From assembly GCA_963752255.1 (NCBI GenBank), contig CAVVXT010000019.1, forward strand, positions 32,001-96,000: 64,000 nt of DNA, written 5' to 3'. The notes under the pieces were generated by a model, which was not told the DNA's origin, did not search any database, and saw only the letters and a program-made list of their open reading frames with translations. This document shows, in pieces, positions 51,131 through 61,812 of the stretch. Within the stretch, counting starts at the first letter, position 1; each line of letters starts with the position of its first letter. The translations under genes were made by a program, and so were the position numbers. This DNA is from Nitrososphaeria archaeon (GTDB taxonomy: Archaea; Thermoproteota; Nitrososphaeria; JACIWG01).

Positions 51131-52948
51131 TTAAGAAGGCGATTCTTCTTCCGTCGACCTAGCAATATAATAATACCTGCCTTCTTCTTTCTGTATTCTA
51201 TCAAGCTTGCTCTTAGGTTTGTTTATTCTTGGTCTCCCGGTTGTCCAATCCCTCCTGTAAGTTATCCCCAACTCTTTCAGAAATTCATTCATGCCGTCGT
51301 CCTTCATCCGGGGAGCTTCGACGTAACCGAGAACAGACGGGGTCCCCTTGAATATCATAAGTCTATCAGAGACTATGTCAATTAGCTGTATATCGTGGTC
51401 TACAACGATAGCCGACTTGTTCCCAGAGCGAATATATCTTTGGATGATCTTAGCTAGTTCAACCCTATCCTCGGCGTCTATGAAGGCCGAGGGCTCATCA
51501 AGTGCATATATTTCTGCATCCTGTAACAGCGTCGCGGCAACCGCTGTCTTTTGAAGCTCCCCACCACTCAATTTTGAGACCTCTTTCTCAAACAACTTGT
51601 CCACATGAAGTGGGACGATAACTTCATTGAACTCTGAGACTGATGTCACATCCTTACCTGCGACACTATCCAACATTTCTTTCACATACTGGAATTCTCC
51701 TGATGCCAGAAGGTACTGAGGCTTATACGATATTTTTGAAGTGATCGATACTTCCCCCGAATCAGGTTTTTCAACACCCGCTATCATCTTGATAAATGTT
51801 GTTTTACCCAGAGCGTTCGCACCGACTACACCGATTACTTCTCCTAACCTAAGTTTACCGCCTAGGACCTTTAAACTGAATTTATCATAGTGCTTTTCAA
51901 GATTAGTGTATTCTGCCATAGCGACAGATTCTATCTTCTCAGGCTTGGGGGTGTAGATGTCAAAAACGATCCTTTTATCCCTGAAACGAATATTTTCTTC
52001 AGGAATGTAGCCGTCAAGGAAAGCGTTTATGCCCGCCTTTGTAGAAATCACATCGGAGACTACACCATAGACCCCAGGCTCTCCGTAAAGCAGGTGGATG
52101 TGATCGCTGAGGTAGTCAAGAATCGTGAGGTCGTGTTCCACTACGAAAACACATTTTCCGTTTTTTGCAAGATTCATTATTACATTGGAAACTGCAAGCC
52201 TTTGATAAACATCATTATAGGACGATGGTTCATCAAAGAAGTATATGTCCGCATCCTTTGCCGCTGAAACAGCGATCGAAAGCCTCTGGAGTTCTCCGCC
52301 GCTAAGTTGTGAGATGCTCTTAGTTATAGATTCACGCAGGTTAAGTTGCGATATCAAATCGTCTGATGCACCTCGATGGTCCATCACTTTTAACAGGGAC
52401 AACCCGTCTCCCGACCAAACTTTAACAAGATTGTAGACCGCTTGAGGTTTCACACTAACCTTTAGTTGGTTGTTAACTATCTTTTCAAAATGATCTTTCA
52501 AAGCTGTTCCCTTAAAATAGGTTAGAACATCTTCCCATTTAGGTTCGGGTACTCTGCCAAGGTTAGGTTTGAGCAGTCCTGACATAATGTTGATTACGGT
52601 TGACTTACCGACGCCATTTCTTCCTAGAAGACCTACTACAGAATTGGGCTTAGGTGAAGGTAGACGGTAAAGTCTAAAGCTATTCGGACCATATTGGTGC
52701 ATCTTTTCACCTGCCAGTTCTTCGGCAAGGTTAACTATCGAAATAGCTTCGAATGGACAGCGCTTTGGGCAGATACCGCATCCTGTACAAAGAATTTCGC
52801 TGATAAGCGGATAATCGTCTTCGCCTTTTTTGACAGTTTCCTTCTTCATCTTGTTAATGGGGCATACGTTTACGCAGATGTAGGGGCACTTTTTAGGATT
52901 GCAGAGTTCTCGATCTATCACCGCTATTCTGTGAACCACAACTTTCAC
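51131..52948 (-). CDS. rli: ABCE1/RLI ribosome recycling ATPase
   Basis: N-terminal Fe-S CNPKKC..C...CP / CTGCGICPKRCP; two ABC domains with LSGGELQ. Confidence 0.97.
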   Translation of the reverse strand: MKVVVHRIAVIDRELCNPKKCPYICVNVCPINKMKKETVKKGEDDYPLISEILCTGCGICPKRCPFEAISIVNLAEELAGEKMHQYGPNSFRLYRLPSPKPNSVVGLLGRNGVGKSTVINIMSGLLKPNLGRVPEPKWEDVLTYFKGTALKDHFEKIVNNQLKVSVKPQAVYNLVKVWSGDGLSLLKVMDHRGASDDLISQLNLRESITKSISQLSGGELQRLSIAVSAAKDADIYFFDEPSSYNDVYQRLAVSNVIMNLAKNGKCVFVVEHDLTILDYLSDHIHLLYGEPGVYGVVSDVISTKAGINAFLDGYIPEENIRFRDKRIVFDIYTPKPEKIESVAMAEYTNLEKHYDKFSLKVLGGKLRLGEVIGVVGANALGKTTFIKMIAGVEKPDSGEVSITSKISYKPQYLLASGEFQYVKEMLDSVAGKDVTSVSEFNEVIVPLHVDKLFEKEVSKLSGGELQKTAVAATLLQDAEIYALDEPSAFIDAEDRVELAKIIQRYIRSGNKSAIVVDHDIQLIDIVSDRLMIFKGTPSVLGYVEAPRMKDDGMNEFLKELGITYRRDWTTGRPRINKPKSKLDRIQKEEGRYYYIARSTEEESPS

Positions 52949-52951
52949 CCA

Positions 52952-53470
52952 TCATTCTTCCATTAAACGGCCTGGTATGGGGCAGTATTCACACACTCCG
53001 CCTTCACGATAAATATTCATTTCTTCTGCACTATAAACCTTCTTTAAAGTGTTCCAGACTTCCTTTTCTGACGCATTCGAATTCAGATGGACGAGCTCGT
53101 GGTCTATGATGAGCTTATCGAAATCACATCTGAAGCATTTCTTCTTTATGAAGATCATCCCGAAAAAATAGCTGTTGATAAGGAGGACGAATCCTATCGA
53201 GCCTATAGAGAAGGTGAATAAAATATAGGAGAGTATTAGCAAAAGTTTTAGTGGTAATTCATCAATGTTTAACAAGAGGGCTGTAAATGCTACACCTAAA
53301 CCTATCCAGAGGGCAATAAATATGACACCGAGCAGACCCATGAAATTGTTTCTGTTAAAAGAAAACGCTAGGTTGCGTTTGGCGAGAGAAAGTATTAAGA
53401 GTTGAGGGAGTATTATTAGTAGTAAAGGGTTCAATATAAAAATTCTATAAGATTTCTCTTTTACATTCAA
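52952..53470 (-). CDS. hypothetical membrane protein with HELVH and CxxC motifs
   Basis: Three TM segments, CFRC, HELVH, CEYC. Confidence 0.65.
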   Translation of the reverse strand: MNVKEKSYRIFILNPLLLIILPQLLILSLAKRNLAFSFNRNNFMGLLGVIFIALWIGLGVAFTALLLNIDELPLKLLLILSYILFTFSIGSIGFVLLINSYFFGMIFIKKKCFRCDFDKLIIDHELVHLNSNASEKEVWNTLKKVYSAEEMNIYREGGVCEYCPIPGRLMEE

Positions 53471-53482
53471 CGCTATACACTC

Positions 53483-54316
53483 TCATGGGAAGGCTGGTCC
53501 AACAATGACACCCAACTCTCTACCCGCTTTAACAATCTTGGAATAAACTTTATCCATATGTCCTTCCCTTATTAATCGGATAACAGTAGACAGCCTGTCG
53601 TCTCCAATTTTACTTGAAAGCCTTTTAGATAAGATTGGCCTAAGATTTAGTCTATCGTATAAAAGATGGCTCTTGGTTCTCTTAGCCAAATTCATCACCG
53701 CCATTATTGTTTCTTCATCATCATTGTAGCCTGGTATAATTGGGCCGTAGAAGATCCACGTTTTAACACCGTTTGAAGCGAACCTTTCTAAAGCCTGAGC
53801 TCTCGTTTCAGGTTTAGAGGCGTAAGGTTCAAAGGTTCCTGCGAACTCGTTGTTAAACGATGTAATTGTAAAACCTACTTCAACGTTTTCTCCTCTAATT
53901 AGGTCTTCATCTCTCAATATCAAAGAGGATTTCGTCTGGAAAGAAATTCTAAAGTTATGTTTAAGAAGGGTTTCTATAAGAGTTCTCGCAAGGCACTTCT
54001 CTGATTCGATTGGCTGATAAGGGTCTGTTACTGTACTGAATCCGACCACACCAGGTTTAATTGTGTGGATCTGTCTCATCAAGGTCTCAGATATATTCCC
54101 TTTAGAATATATGATGTGCCCCCAAGAATCGACAAACTGCTTCTTCCTTAGAACGTCTGGTACGTAGCAGTAAAGGCAGCCGTGCTCACATCCCAAATAT
54201 GGATTAATAGTGTAATCTAGTCCTGGAAGACTACTCTTTGAGAGAGCACTGTAGCATTTTACCTCACCGAGATACTTTGCATGTTTTTGGAGCAACAGAC
54301 GTTCACTCTTATCCAA
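53483..54316 (-). CDS. SplB-like radical SAM protein
   Basis: NPYLGCEHGCLYCY, STVTDPYQPIE, TKS, FEP. Confidence 0.9.
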   Translation of the reverse strand: MDKSERLLLQKHAKYLGEVKCYSALSKSSLPGLDYTINPYLGCEHGCLYCYVPDVLRKKQFVDSWGHIIYSKGNISETLMRQIHTIKPGVVGFSTVTDPYQPIESEKCLARTLIETLLKHNFRISFQTKSSLILRDEDLIRGENVEVGFTITSFNNEFAGTFEPYASKPETRAQALERFASNGVKTWIFYGPIIPGYNDDEETIMAVMNLAKRTKSHLLYDRLNLRPILSKRLSSKIGDDRLSTVIRLIREGHMDKVYSKIVKAGRELGVIVGPAFP

Positions 54317-54458
54317 GAAATTTAGGTTGTTTTTAACAATTGCGATAGCGACAAGCCTTTTAATTCTTTAAAGTAAATACTTGGATTGATAAAATTGATT
54401 TAAGGAATCTAAAGATGTTTTAACAGTAACGTCTCATAGAAAAAACAATATATCATCA

Positions 54459-55769
54459 TTATGTCGTTTGTTTCCAGTAGTCAGTTATCTTCCTCTGAAA
54501 GTGACAGTTTCTTAGTATTTCACTCTTTGTAACCCATCTGTTCAGAGGTATCGTAAGAGCTTTGGATAGACCCTTCAAAGCAGAATCCAAATCTTCATAA
54601 ATATCAGGTTTATTTTTGAACATGCTTCTGACGCACTCTCTAACAAACCATACTCCTAAAGGCAGAGGAAATTCAGGATGAATTTCCCTTAAAATGAGGA
54701 CGGTAGCCTGTCTTTTCATTCTTTCTAGAACTTCAGCCGCACCAAGCTTTGACGAGAAATAGCAGCCTCCTATACTTGGATACGTAGTCCTCCCCCAGTA
54801 ACTTTCGTAATCTCCGCCTACATCTGCTTCAGGTAAGGTTTGATTCCAAAAGGTTCCAGGGAACCATGCCTCCATCCATTCGTAACTCCATTTCTCAGGA
54901 AAGAGCAGTGCCGCATATATGTTATGCATGTATATGTATTTGTATAGGAGGTACTTGTCTACTGTTTCATATCTCTTAACCTTGTCTATATTTGTTGATG
55001 CTATCATGCTGTCAACAGCCGTTATGCTCCATCTTGTCGGAACAAGTTTTCTATTGTTTTTTAATCCAAACATTCCAACGCTGAAGGCTTTTTGGATCTT
55101 GCTTACTTCAATCCCTGAATTATATAATTCAATTACAGCGTCATGAGATAAAAGGTCCGTGTCGTAATATAACTTCTCAATCCTTCTATCGGCTGAAACA
55201 TTCTGCAGCTTGAAGTTTTTGAAAGGAGCACTCGGCCCAAAAGGCTGCGAATGATCATCTATGTAGATTGTGCCAGAGGGCTTCTTAGTGAATTCAATTT
55301 CAGATTCCACCGGCTTAGAGCTCATCGCTAGCTCATGCAGATTTCCTATCAGACGGTTTCCTAATCTAACGTCGGTAACTTTCATCTGAGTTTTTCCTCT
55401 TAAAAGAGAATACCTGTAATCAATGATCTGCTCTAAAGGTGTTCCCATCCATTCTTCAGGAAGATCCATTATAAGGGTATCTCCTGTGATTGGAGGAACC
55501 ATAGGCCCGATTGCAACCTTAGGGTAGCCGTATCTTCCTACAAAGACAGAAGGTGGAGATGAGCCAGCTACGTAGTTAGAGTTTATTGGTTTGGACACTT
55601 TCACCATCGCCATCGCTTTTAGGGTTATAGGGCATACAGCTTTTCCGCAGAGATTTCTTCCTCCTCTGCAGTAAATGCAAATTGAGGAGAATTTTCCTCT
55701 GACAGAGACTCCGCTACTGTCTAGATCTCTTTTCACATGTTCTGGAACTATCTGGTCAAGCCGGCTCAT
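54459..55769 (-). CDS. nreA: NreA DNA repair protein
   Basis: CIYCRG..LCG..CP, GSSPPSVFVG.YGYPKV, LVPTRWSITAVD, C-terminal PIP box QRKITDYW. Confidence 0.93.
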   Translation of the reverse strand: MSRLDQIVPEHVKRDLDSSGVSVRGKFSSICIYCRGGRNLCGKAVCPITLKAMAMVKVSKPINSNYVAGSSPPSVFVGRYGYPKVAIGPMVPPITGDTLIMDLPEEWMGTPLEQIIDYRYSLLRGKTQMKVTDVRLGNRLIGNLHELAMSSKPVESEIEFTKKPSGTIYIDDHSQPFGPSAPFKNFKLQNVSADRRIEKLYYDTDLLSHDAVIELYNSGIEVSKIQKAFSVGMFGLKNNRKLVPTRWSITAVDSMIASTNIDKVKRYETVDKYLLYKYIYMHNIYAALLFPEKWSYEWMEAWFPGTFWNQTLPEADVGGDYESYWGRTTYPSIGGCYFSSKLGAAEVLERMKRQATVLILREIHPEFPLPLGVWFVRECVRSMFKNKPDIYEDLDSALKGLSKALTIPLNRWVTKSEILRNCHFQRKITDYWKQTT

Positions 55770-55885
55770 TGGTCACAACCAATGGTCAAACGGTCAATTT
55801 TAAACTTTAGTCTTACAAGACTATTCTATGGTATTCTGCCTAAAGTTTAACTATATTTGGAGTCATCGCTAGACGTGAGCTAGGA

Positions 55886-56584
55886 ATGACGCTTAAGATG
55901 CCTTGGAGGGGTTGGAAGCATGTAACAAAGCTTGACCCCGATAAAGACAACAAGGAGGAAATAGTTAACACAGTTCTAGAAAATCGTACAGATGCTATAC
56001 TAGTTGGCGGGACACAGGGTGTAACTTTAGAGAAAGTCAGAAGGTTGAAGAAAACACTCGGAGATTGTGATGTCCCAGTACTGCTAGAGCCGTCGAAAGC
56101 TGAAGCAGTTGATCTTTCTTACGATTACTTCTTTGTACCACTTGTTTTAAACTCTCAGGAGAGGTGGTGGCTTGGTGGAGCTCACATAGAATGGATAAAC
56201 TCTCTTAATAAGAAATTTGGAAGCTACGATAGCATTCCATGGGATAAAATTGTAATAGAAGCTTACATCGTTCTAAATCCTGAATCTGTAGTTGCTAGGG
56301 TTACAAAAAGCATCACTAATTTAACGATAGATCAGATCGTCTCTCATGCCGTATACGCTGACAGAATATTGAACGCCCCCATAATATATATAGAATACAG
56401 CGGAAAATTTGGAGACCCGAACATTGTGAAGACGGTTAAGGACAACCTGAGAAGTTCCCATCTTTTCTACGGCGGCGGAATCGACTCAAAAGATAGAGCA
56501 GCGATTATGGGAAAATATGCCACAGTAGTAGTTGGAAATATAATATACGATGATGTGCAAAAATATAAGCAGACAATAATTTAG
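55886..56584 (+). CDS. geranylgeranylglyceryl phosphate synthase (group I, PcrB-like)
   Basis: HVTKLDPDK, VGGT, EAYIVLNP, YIEYSG, YGGGI, VVGN. Confidence 0.92.
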   Translation: MTLKMPWRGWKHVTKLDPDKDNKEEIVNTVLENRTDAILVGGTQGVTLEKVRRLKKTLGDCDVPVLLEPSKAEAVDLSYDYFFVPLVLNSQERWWLGGAHIEWINSLNKKFGSYDSIPWDKIVIEAYIVLNPESVVARVTKSITNLTIDQIVSHAVYADRILNAPIIYIEYSGKFGDPNIVKTVKDNLRSSHLFYGGGIDSKDRAAIMGKYATVVVGNIIYDDVQKYKQTII

Positions 56585-56602
56585 TAATAATGAAGTATCA
56601 GT

Positions 56603-57481
56603 CTATTTCTGGCGTATGGCCTTCGCAGCTCCTATTGCTGTAGCATAGAGGGCGTTAACTGGAATGGTAGCTTTCCCTCCAAGAATTCTAAGGGTTTCAT
56701 TTAGCTCTCGTGAGAAAAGTTCCTGCGCTGGAAGCCTGCCAACATAGACGATTTCGTTTTCTAGATTCTTCTGTTTTGCCGCAAAATAGGTTATCGTCGC
56801 AATGGTCTGCGCTATCATCACTATGAGGCCTAAAGCTATATCTTCTGACCTAGTATCATCGCCAACTTTGCCGAAATTAGATGCTGTAGCGTTTGCAGGT
56901 ATTATCCCTATTGGACCTCCTCTAATATCTTGAACCAGAAGGTTTGTTCGCGATATTTCTCCCATCTTCGCCTTTTGAAAGATAGTTGAAGCTTTATCTT
57001 TATTGAGTAAGAGTTTTCCGAGACCGACCATTGTTCCCCCTCCCACACCTGTTCCCCCCAAGTGCTCTACATGATATTTTGTGCCATCTTCCCTAGCATA
57101 GACTATAGCTGTCCCCGTCCCTATACTTGCCACTATAGATTCTTTTTTACCTGACAGGTATAGGCCTCCTATCCCTACCGCGTCAATTTCGCTTATTATG
57201 CTGTATTTTAGTTCCGTCATGTCGAACTTGAATCCTCTTCCTATCGAACCTGTAAGCGCAACTTCAGATATGTCTCTCATCTTTATCTGCGCTTCAGACA
57301 ATAGCTTTCCCAAGCAGCCTAAGGCAGAAGCTAATGAATCTGAAGCTTGAACTTCCGATAATGCCCAAATCTTGCTTTCGTTGAGTAGTACACCCTTTGT
57401 TATACTTCCTCCAATATCTAACCCGGCCACTATCATCCGATTCGCTGTAGATATTCTTCCCTTTATTTCTTTTACTAACAA
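56603..57481 (-). CDS. type II pantothenate kinase-like (Fumble/ASKHA); start may be at MIVAGLD
   Basis: DIGGSITK, EIDAVGIGG, SIGTGT, GGTGVGGGT, ASNFGK. Confidence 0.82.
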   Translation of the reverse strand: MLVKEIKGRISTANRMIVAGLDIGGSITKGVLLNESKIWALSEVQASDSLASALGCLGKLLSEAQIKMRDISEVALTGSIGRGFKFDMTELKYSIISEIDAVGIGGLYLSGKKESIVASIGTGTAIVYAREDGTKYHVEHLGGTGVGGGTMVGLGKLLLNKDKASTIFQKAKMGEISRTNLLVQDIRGGPIGIIPANATASNFGKVGDDTRSEDIALGLIVMIAQTIATITYFAAKQKNLENEIVYVGRLPAQELFSRELNETLRILGGKATIPVNALYATAIGAAKAIRQK

Positions 57482-57581
57482 AGAAAAAGTAAGCCGGAGA
57501 GTTTAACTCAAACGCAGTGGGTTCAAGAAAAGAAACGGAAAAGGATAAGAACTGCATGATTCACCTGAAAGGTGCAGAATT

Positions 57582-58391
57582 ATGAATCAAGTCATCAACA
57601 AGCCGAATAGGGTCGTACTTGTGTCAAGGATCGCCATCTGCGCTGCCCTCTATGCTGTGATAAATGGTATTACAGCCGCAATTCCTACGCCATTTTCGAT
57701 AGGACAATTCAGACCTGGTGTGATAATACCGGCTTTATTTTCAATCATATTCGGAACTCTAGTGGGGTCGGTTGGCGCAGCTTTAGGGTCTTTTATAGGT
57801 GACATAATTTTTTTGACACCTTTAGGACGTACCAACCCCTTGTTGGCGTTGGTGGCTGGAGTTCCAGGTAATTTTGTTGGGTTTCTTGTTTTTGGCATTA
57901 TAATTAATAGATATAAATCGTGGAGCTGGTTTATGATCGATAGCCTTATAGCTCTATTTATAGGCAATTTTATTGCCGGTGCCGGAGTGGTTCTAATAGT
58001 TTTCCAAATAAGTAGCACCCCACTGCCCTTTGGATTAGCATTAGGTGCGACGCTAGGGTACGCCTTTTGGTGGTTATTCACAATGCTACCTTTTATGCTA
58101 CTAGTTTTACCACTAATTTTGCGTATATTCCTTAGATATGAAAACGGAAAGGTTTTAGCGCGTGAATTTCTAACGTGGAAAGAGGAGTCAATAAAGCACG
58201 TTGCTTTGGTGTCTGTTCTTGTTTCTTTACCATTATTTCTTATTTTCATGTTCAGTTACACACCTTACCTTTCTGGTGCATTTGCTGCTCTTGGAAGCCT
58301 ATCTGATTTGATCCGTTATCTGATATTAGGGTCAGCCGTTGTACTGCTGTTAACCCCTTTTGCTCCAAAGATAGCGGGTGTTAGATCGTAG
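57582..58391 (+). CDS. ECF transporter S-component-like membrane protein
   Basis: AICAALYAV, QFRPGVIIPA..FG...GAALGSFIGD. Confidence 0.78.
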   Translation: MNQVINKPNRVVLVSRIAICAALYAVINGITAAIPTPFSIGQFRPGVIIPALFSIIFGTLVGSVGAALGSFIGDIIFLTPLGRTNPLLALVAGVPGNFVGFLVFGIIINRYKSWSWFMIDSLIALFIGNFIAGAGVVLIVFQISSTPLPFGLALGATLGYAFWWLFTMLPFMLLVLPLILRIFLRYENGKVLAREFLTWKEESIKHVALVSVLVSLPLFLIFMFSYTPYLSGAFAALGSLSDLIRYLILGSAVVLLLTPFAPKIAGVRS

Positions 58392-58513
58392 TCGAACAGG
58401 CCATGTAATAAATATTCAGTAAATCAACACAACTCAGGCGTGGACATTTCACACGCGCGACATCACAAGTTCTTTTATCGTTCTTTCCTGATATTCGTAA
58501 ACAGGCGTAAAGT

Positions 58514-59743
58514 TTAAACCTTATATGAAATCCCTGGCTGAAGATTTTTTATGACGTTGAGCTTATCGATGACCTTCTCCCTGATTGTTTTGCTGTCCTC
58601 AAACTTTTTTACAATCTTGCCGTCAATAATTAGATCGTTGAGCAAAGGGATCATCTTCTTTGAAGGGGGTCTCTCTTCCCTGAGTGTAACAAAATCTGCA
58701 TATGTATCCGGATCACGGTACACAGCCTTTGCACCGCCAATATCTCCCCTTTTAGCCATTGGCACCATCACTCCATCTCTCTCAACAGCTACAATTTTGG
58801 CGCAGAAATCAACAGGTTGTGCGCCGCTTACGGATGCTCCTATACCAAAACCATCCACAAGATCCGAAAGCTCTTGAATTGTTTTTTCATCTATCCCTCC
58901 GCTTATGAAAATCTTGACGTTTTTCATTCCTCTGGCATGAAGTTCCCATTTAACCTCCTCTATGATCTTCCGCCATTCTCCCCTCCTTGATTTCGGTGTA
59001 TCGAGTCTTACGCCATCAAGTTTTGAGCCGAGTGTTTCTGCCGCCATTATCGCTTCTATTTTCTCGTCACAGAAGGTGTCTATCAGAGCTATTCTCGGAA
59101 CATCCTTGGGCATCGTTTTATCGAGTGCTAGCCAAGCTTTCCTTTGGTCTTCGAATACTTGAACCATCGCATGTGGCATTGTGCCAACAGGTGTCAGACC
59201 CAGTAGCTTTCCTGCTAAAACGTTAGATACTCCATTGAATCCTGCGATGTATGCTGCTCTCTCCGATGCGGGAGCTATAGCGGGGTGAATTCTTCTTGAA
59301 CCGAAACTGAACATTACCCTGTCTAAAGCGAGAATTCTGAAGTGTGCTGCTTTAGATGCGACCCCTGTATTGCTGGATAGAAGGCCTAGAAGCGGGTTCT
59401 CGTATAAGCAGAAGTCATCGTAATAACATTCTATCTGCATAACCGGTTCGTACACTATAGACTTGGAGTTGACCTCGAATATTTCACCTTCGTCCATACT
59501 TTTGACGTTTATTGGCAAACCTTCCAGAAGCTTTGCTGCGTCGTGTACGCCGAGCAGTATGCCCCAGTTTCCTTCGAATGGCAGGTTTCTAGCGTAGACC
59601 TCAATTACAACCTTCTTATGTAAACCGAATTCTTCAAGAGCCCTTTTTGTGTAAATTAAATATACGTCAGTAGTCTCCGCATTTTTAATCTCATGCTCTG
59701 TGGCAATCCAAAAAAGTCTATCCAAAACTGGATCATTCCCCAA
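58514..59743 (-). CDS. pncB: nicotinate phosphoribosyltransferase
   Basis: TTDVY, SFGSRR, GTMPH, IDTF, VRLDTP, SGGI. Confidence 0.92.
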   Translation of the reverse strand: MGNDPVLDRLFWIATEHEIKNAETTDVYLIYTKRALEEFGLHKKVVIEVYARNLPFEGNWGILLGVHDAAKLLEGLPINVKSMDEGEIFEVNSKSIVYEPVMQIECYYDDFCLYENPLLGLLSSNTGVASKAAHFRILALDRVMFSFGSRRIHPAIAPASERAAYIAGFNGVSNVLAGKLLGLTPVGTMPHAMVQVFEDQRKAWLALDKTMPKDVPRIALIDTFCDEKIEAIMAAETLGSKLDGVRLDTPKSRRGEWRKIIEEVKWELHARGMKNVKIFISGGIDEKTIQELSDLVDGFGIGASVSGAQPVDFCAKIVAVERDGVMVPMAKRGDIGGAKAVYRDPDTYADFVTLREERPPSKKMIPLLNDLIIDGKIVKKFEDSKTIREKVIDKLNVIKNLQPGISYKV

Positions 59744-59848
59744 TTATGTCTCCTGTGATTGTAGATAACACAACATAGATAAAAGTTTAACGTCTGCATC
59801 ATATGATAGATACCTGTCTCAAGATTTAGACAAGCTGCAGTTTCGAAC

Positions 59849-60262
59849 CTACGCTTTCTTATCTTTACTCTTTCGGCTTTCTCTTATCGCACGCAGATTT
59901 TCTCTCCTAGCTCGAGCGTACACCTCTGCCATAATATTTCTTGCAGATCTCAACTGTTCCAGTGCTTGAATCACTTTTCCTTCCCCCATAAATCGGAGCA
60001 CGTTTGCTAATTGGTCTCCAGCCAAATTTATCGTTTGTTCCATGTGATCGACATCGATCCGCGTACTTATATTATCTGGGAATTCGACATCTGAAATTTC
60101 AAGCTTAACAAGGAACACCGCTGACTCGCAGTCCCTGTAGACCGCCCATAACTCTTTTTCGAGATCCTTAACTGGGGTTCCAGCCATAACTTGTTCCTCT
60201 ACCGATTTTATTCCATTCGCGGCACTATCCACGAACTTTAAAATATCAGGTGAACGTCCCAT
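59849..60262 (-). CDS. hypothetical helical protein
   Basis: 137-aa ORF divergent from 60346. Confidence 0.65.
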   Translation of the reverse strand: MGRSPDILKFVDSAANGIKSVEEQVMAGTPVKDLEKELWAVYRDCESAVFLVKLEISDVEFPDNISTRIDVDHMEQTINLAGDQLANVLRFMGEGKVIQALEQLRSARNIMAEVYARARRENLRAIRESRKSKDKKA

Positions 60263-60345
60263 GTTTCAGATTCTCTGCATTAAAATATAATGATTTAAAA
60301 AGTTTTTATCACCTCTAAAACAGAAAATCTATCAGCGATTTAGGT

Positions 60346-61002
60346 ATGGCGTTTGAGCTGGTTTCCATTAATGATCTCGGCAGACTAGCCTGTGCTTTTG
60401 AACGGACACCTCAGCCTATATTTGCTTTCAAAGGAAACAAGTCTTGGAATCTTATAATACAGTTTCAGATAGATGAAAAAAAGATAGACTTCTTCCATGT
60501 TCAATGCAATAAAATCGGATCTTTTCTTGGTTACAAGAACGTCTACGGCAACGAAATAGTTGAATTCTTCTCGGTTGTTCAAAATGCTTCATATATCTAT
60601 GCACCTATTATATTTCTTAGGAAGTCTCCGTTTAAACAGGGTGAACATAATAAATTTTTGGGAAATGTTCCTCTAATCGAATTGGAAGATATAGGAAGTC
60701 TGATAAGAATTGTCACATACAAGATTCTCTATGAGGAATCACCTCTACCTGTTTTTCTTTACCCTCTTAGCTCGGGCTCAGCTCTTTTTACCATGCTAAG
60801 CTATTCGGAGGAAGGACCCGCAAGTGTATATTATATAAAAGTAAATGAGGTGCCTGAACAAAATTTCATAAAATATGCCTCCGACCGAGAAGAAACCGAC
60901 TATACGGACAATGTTGATGAATCAGGATCAATTTATGTAAAGATTATTAAGTTAAGGAGTTTTCCATCAAATGTGGGAAAATGGCCTTCGCGCAAAGGAT
61001 AA
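60346..61002 (+). CDS. hypothetical protein, coupled to pyrF
   Basis: 218-aa ORF with internal two-fold similarity (INDLGRL / IGSLIRI). Confidence 0.7.
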   Translation: MAFELVSINDLGRLACAFERTPQPIFAFKGNKSWNLIIQFQIDEKKIDFFHVQCNKIGSFLGYKNVYGNEIVEFFSVVQNASYIYAPIIFLRKSPFKQGEHNKFLGNVPLIELEDIGSLIRIVTYKILYEESPLPVFLYPLSSGSALFTMLSYSEEGPASVYYIKVNEVPEQNFIKYASDREETDYTDNVDESGSIYVKIIKLRSFPSNVGKWPSRKG

Positions 61003-61721
61003 GGGACGCTTCAGTCAGCAAGAAGAGCAGGATCGTAGTAGGTCTAGACCTAAAATCTGAAGATTTTAGTCAGTTGGCGCAAAAGGCTGAGCATATTATA
61101 AATCTTGTTCAAGGAGAAATATGTGCTGTCAAAATAAATTTTCATCTTATAATCCCCCTCGGAATATCTGAATTAAGTAGAATTGTGACAGAAGCGCACA
61201 GACATGGCCTTCAGGTGATTGCTGATATTAAACTAAACGATGTATCTTCAACAAATCTAGCAGCCACAGAAATATTATGGAAAGCCGGCTTCGATGCCGT
61301 CATATCAAATCCCTTTGCCGGTTTCGTTGAAGGTCTTGGGCCATGTTTAGAGGAAGCTCATAAAAGAGGGAAAGGCATGATCCTTCTCATATATATGAGT
61401 CACAGAGGTGCTGTTGAAAACTATGACCTAGATGTTCTTTATGGAGGACAGGTTCAGAAGATGTATGATCTCTTCGTACAAAGAGCGAAAAGCTGGGCTG
61501 TTGACGGACTCGTAGTTGGTGCGACGAAGCCTGAGATAATAGCCCACGTAAAAAAAGAAGCAAGAGGCATACCCATTTTTTCTCCCGGCCTAATTGCGCA
61601 AGGGGGAGACCCTAAAGAGGCTGTTAAAGCGGGCGCAGATTACCTTATAGTTGCGAGAGGAATAATAGCGGCTGCCGATCCACTCTTAAAAGCAAGAGAA
61701 ATACGAGCTGCAACATGGTAG
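60981..61721 (+). CDS. pyrF: orotidine 5'-phosphate decarboxylase
   Basis: VGLD, IADIKLNDV, VVGAT, SPG..AQGG, IVARGI. Confidence 0.95.
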   Translation: MAFAQRIRDASVSKKSRIVVGLDLKSEDFSQLAQKAEHIINLVQGEICAVKINFHLIIPLGISELSRIVTEAHRHGLQVIADIKLNDVSSTNLAATEILWKAGFDAVISNPFAGFVEGLGPCLEEAHKRGKGMILLIYMSHRGAVENYDLDVLYGGQVQKMYDLFVQRAKSWAVDGLVVGATKPEIIAHVKKEARGIPIFSPGLIAQGGDPKEAVKAGADYLIVARGIIAAADPLLKAREIRAATW

Positions 61722-61812
61722 CGATGATTTTTACAGTTTTCCATATAAGAATATCTTCAAAAAATAAGTAAGCTTTTATAATAAGGCATATCCCTTTGGG
61801 GGACGAAGCGTA

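Noticed and set aside
57650-58249. Long antisense ORFs (also 41591..42085, 50393..50749 and the 5' part of 47420..48154)
   Set aside because: Shadows of well-supported genes on the opposite strand or in another frame.
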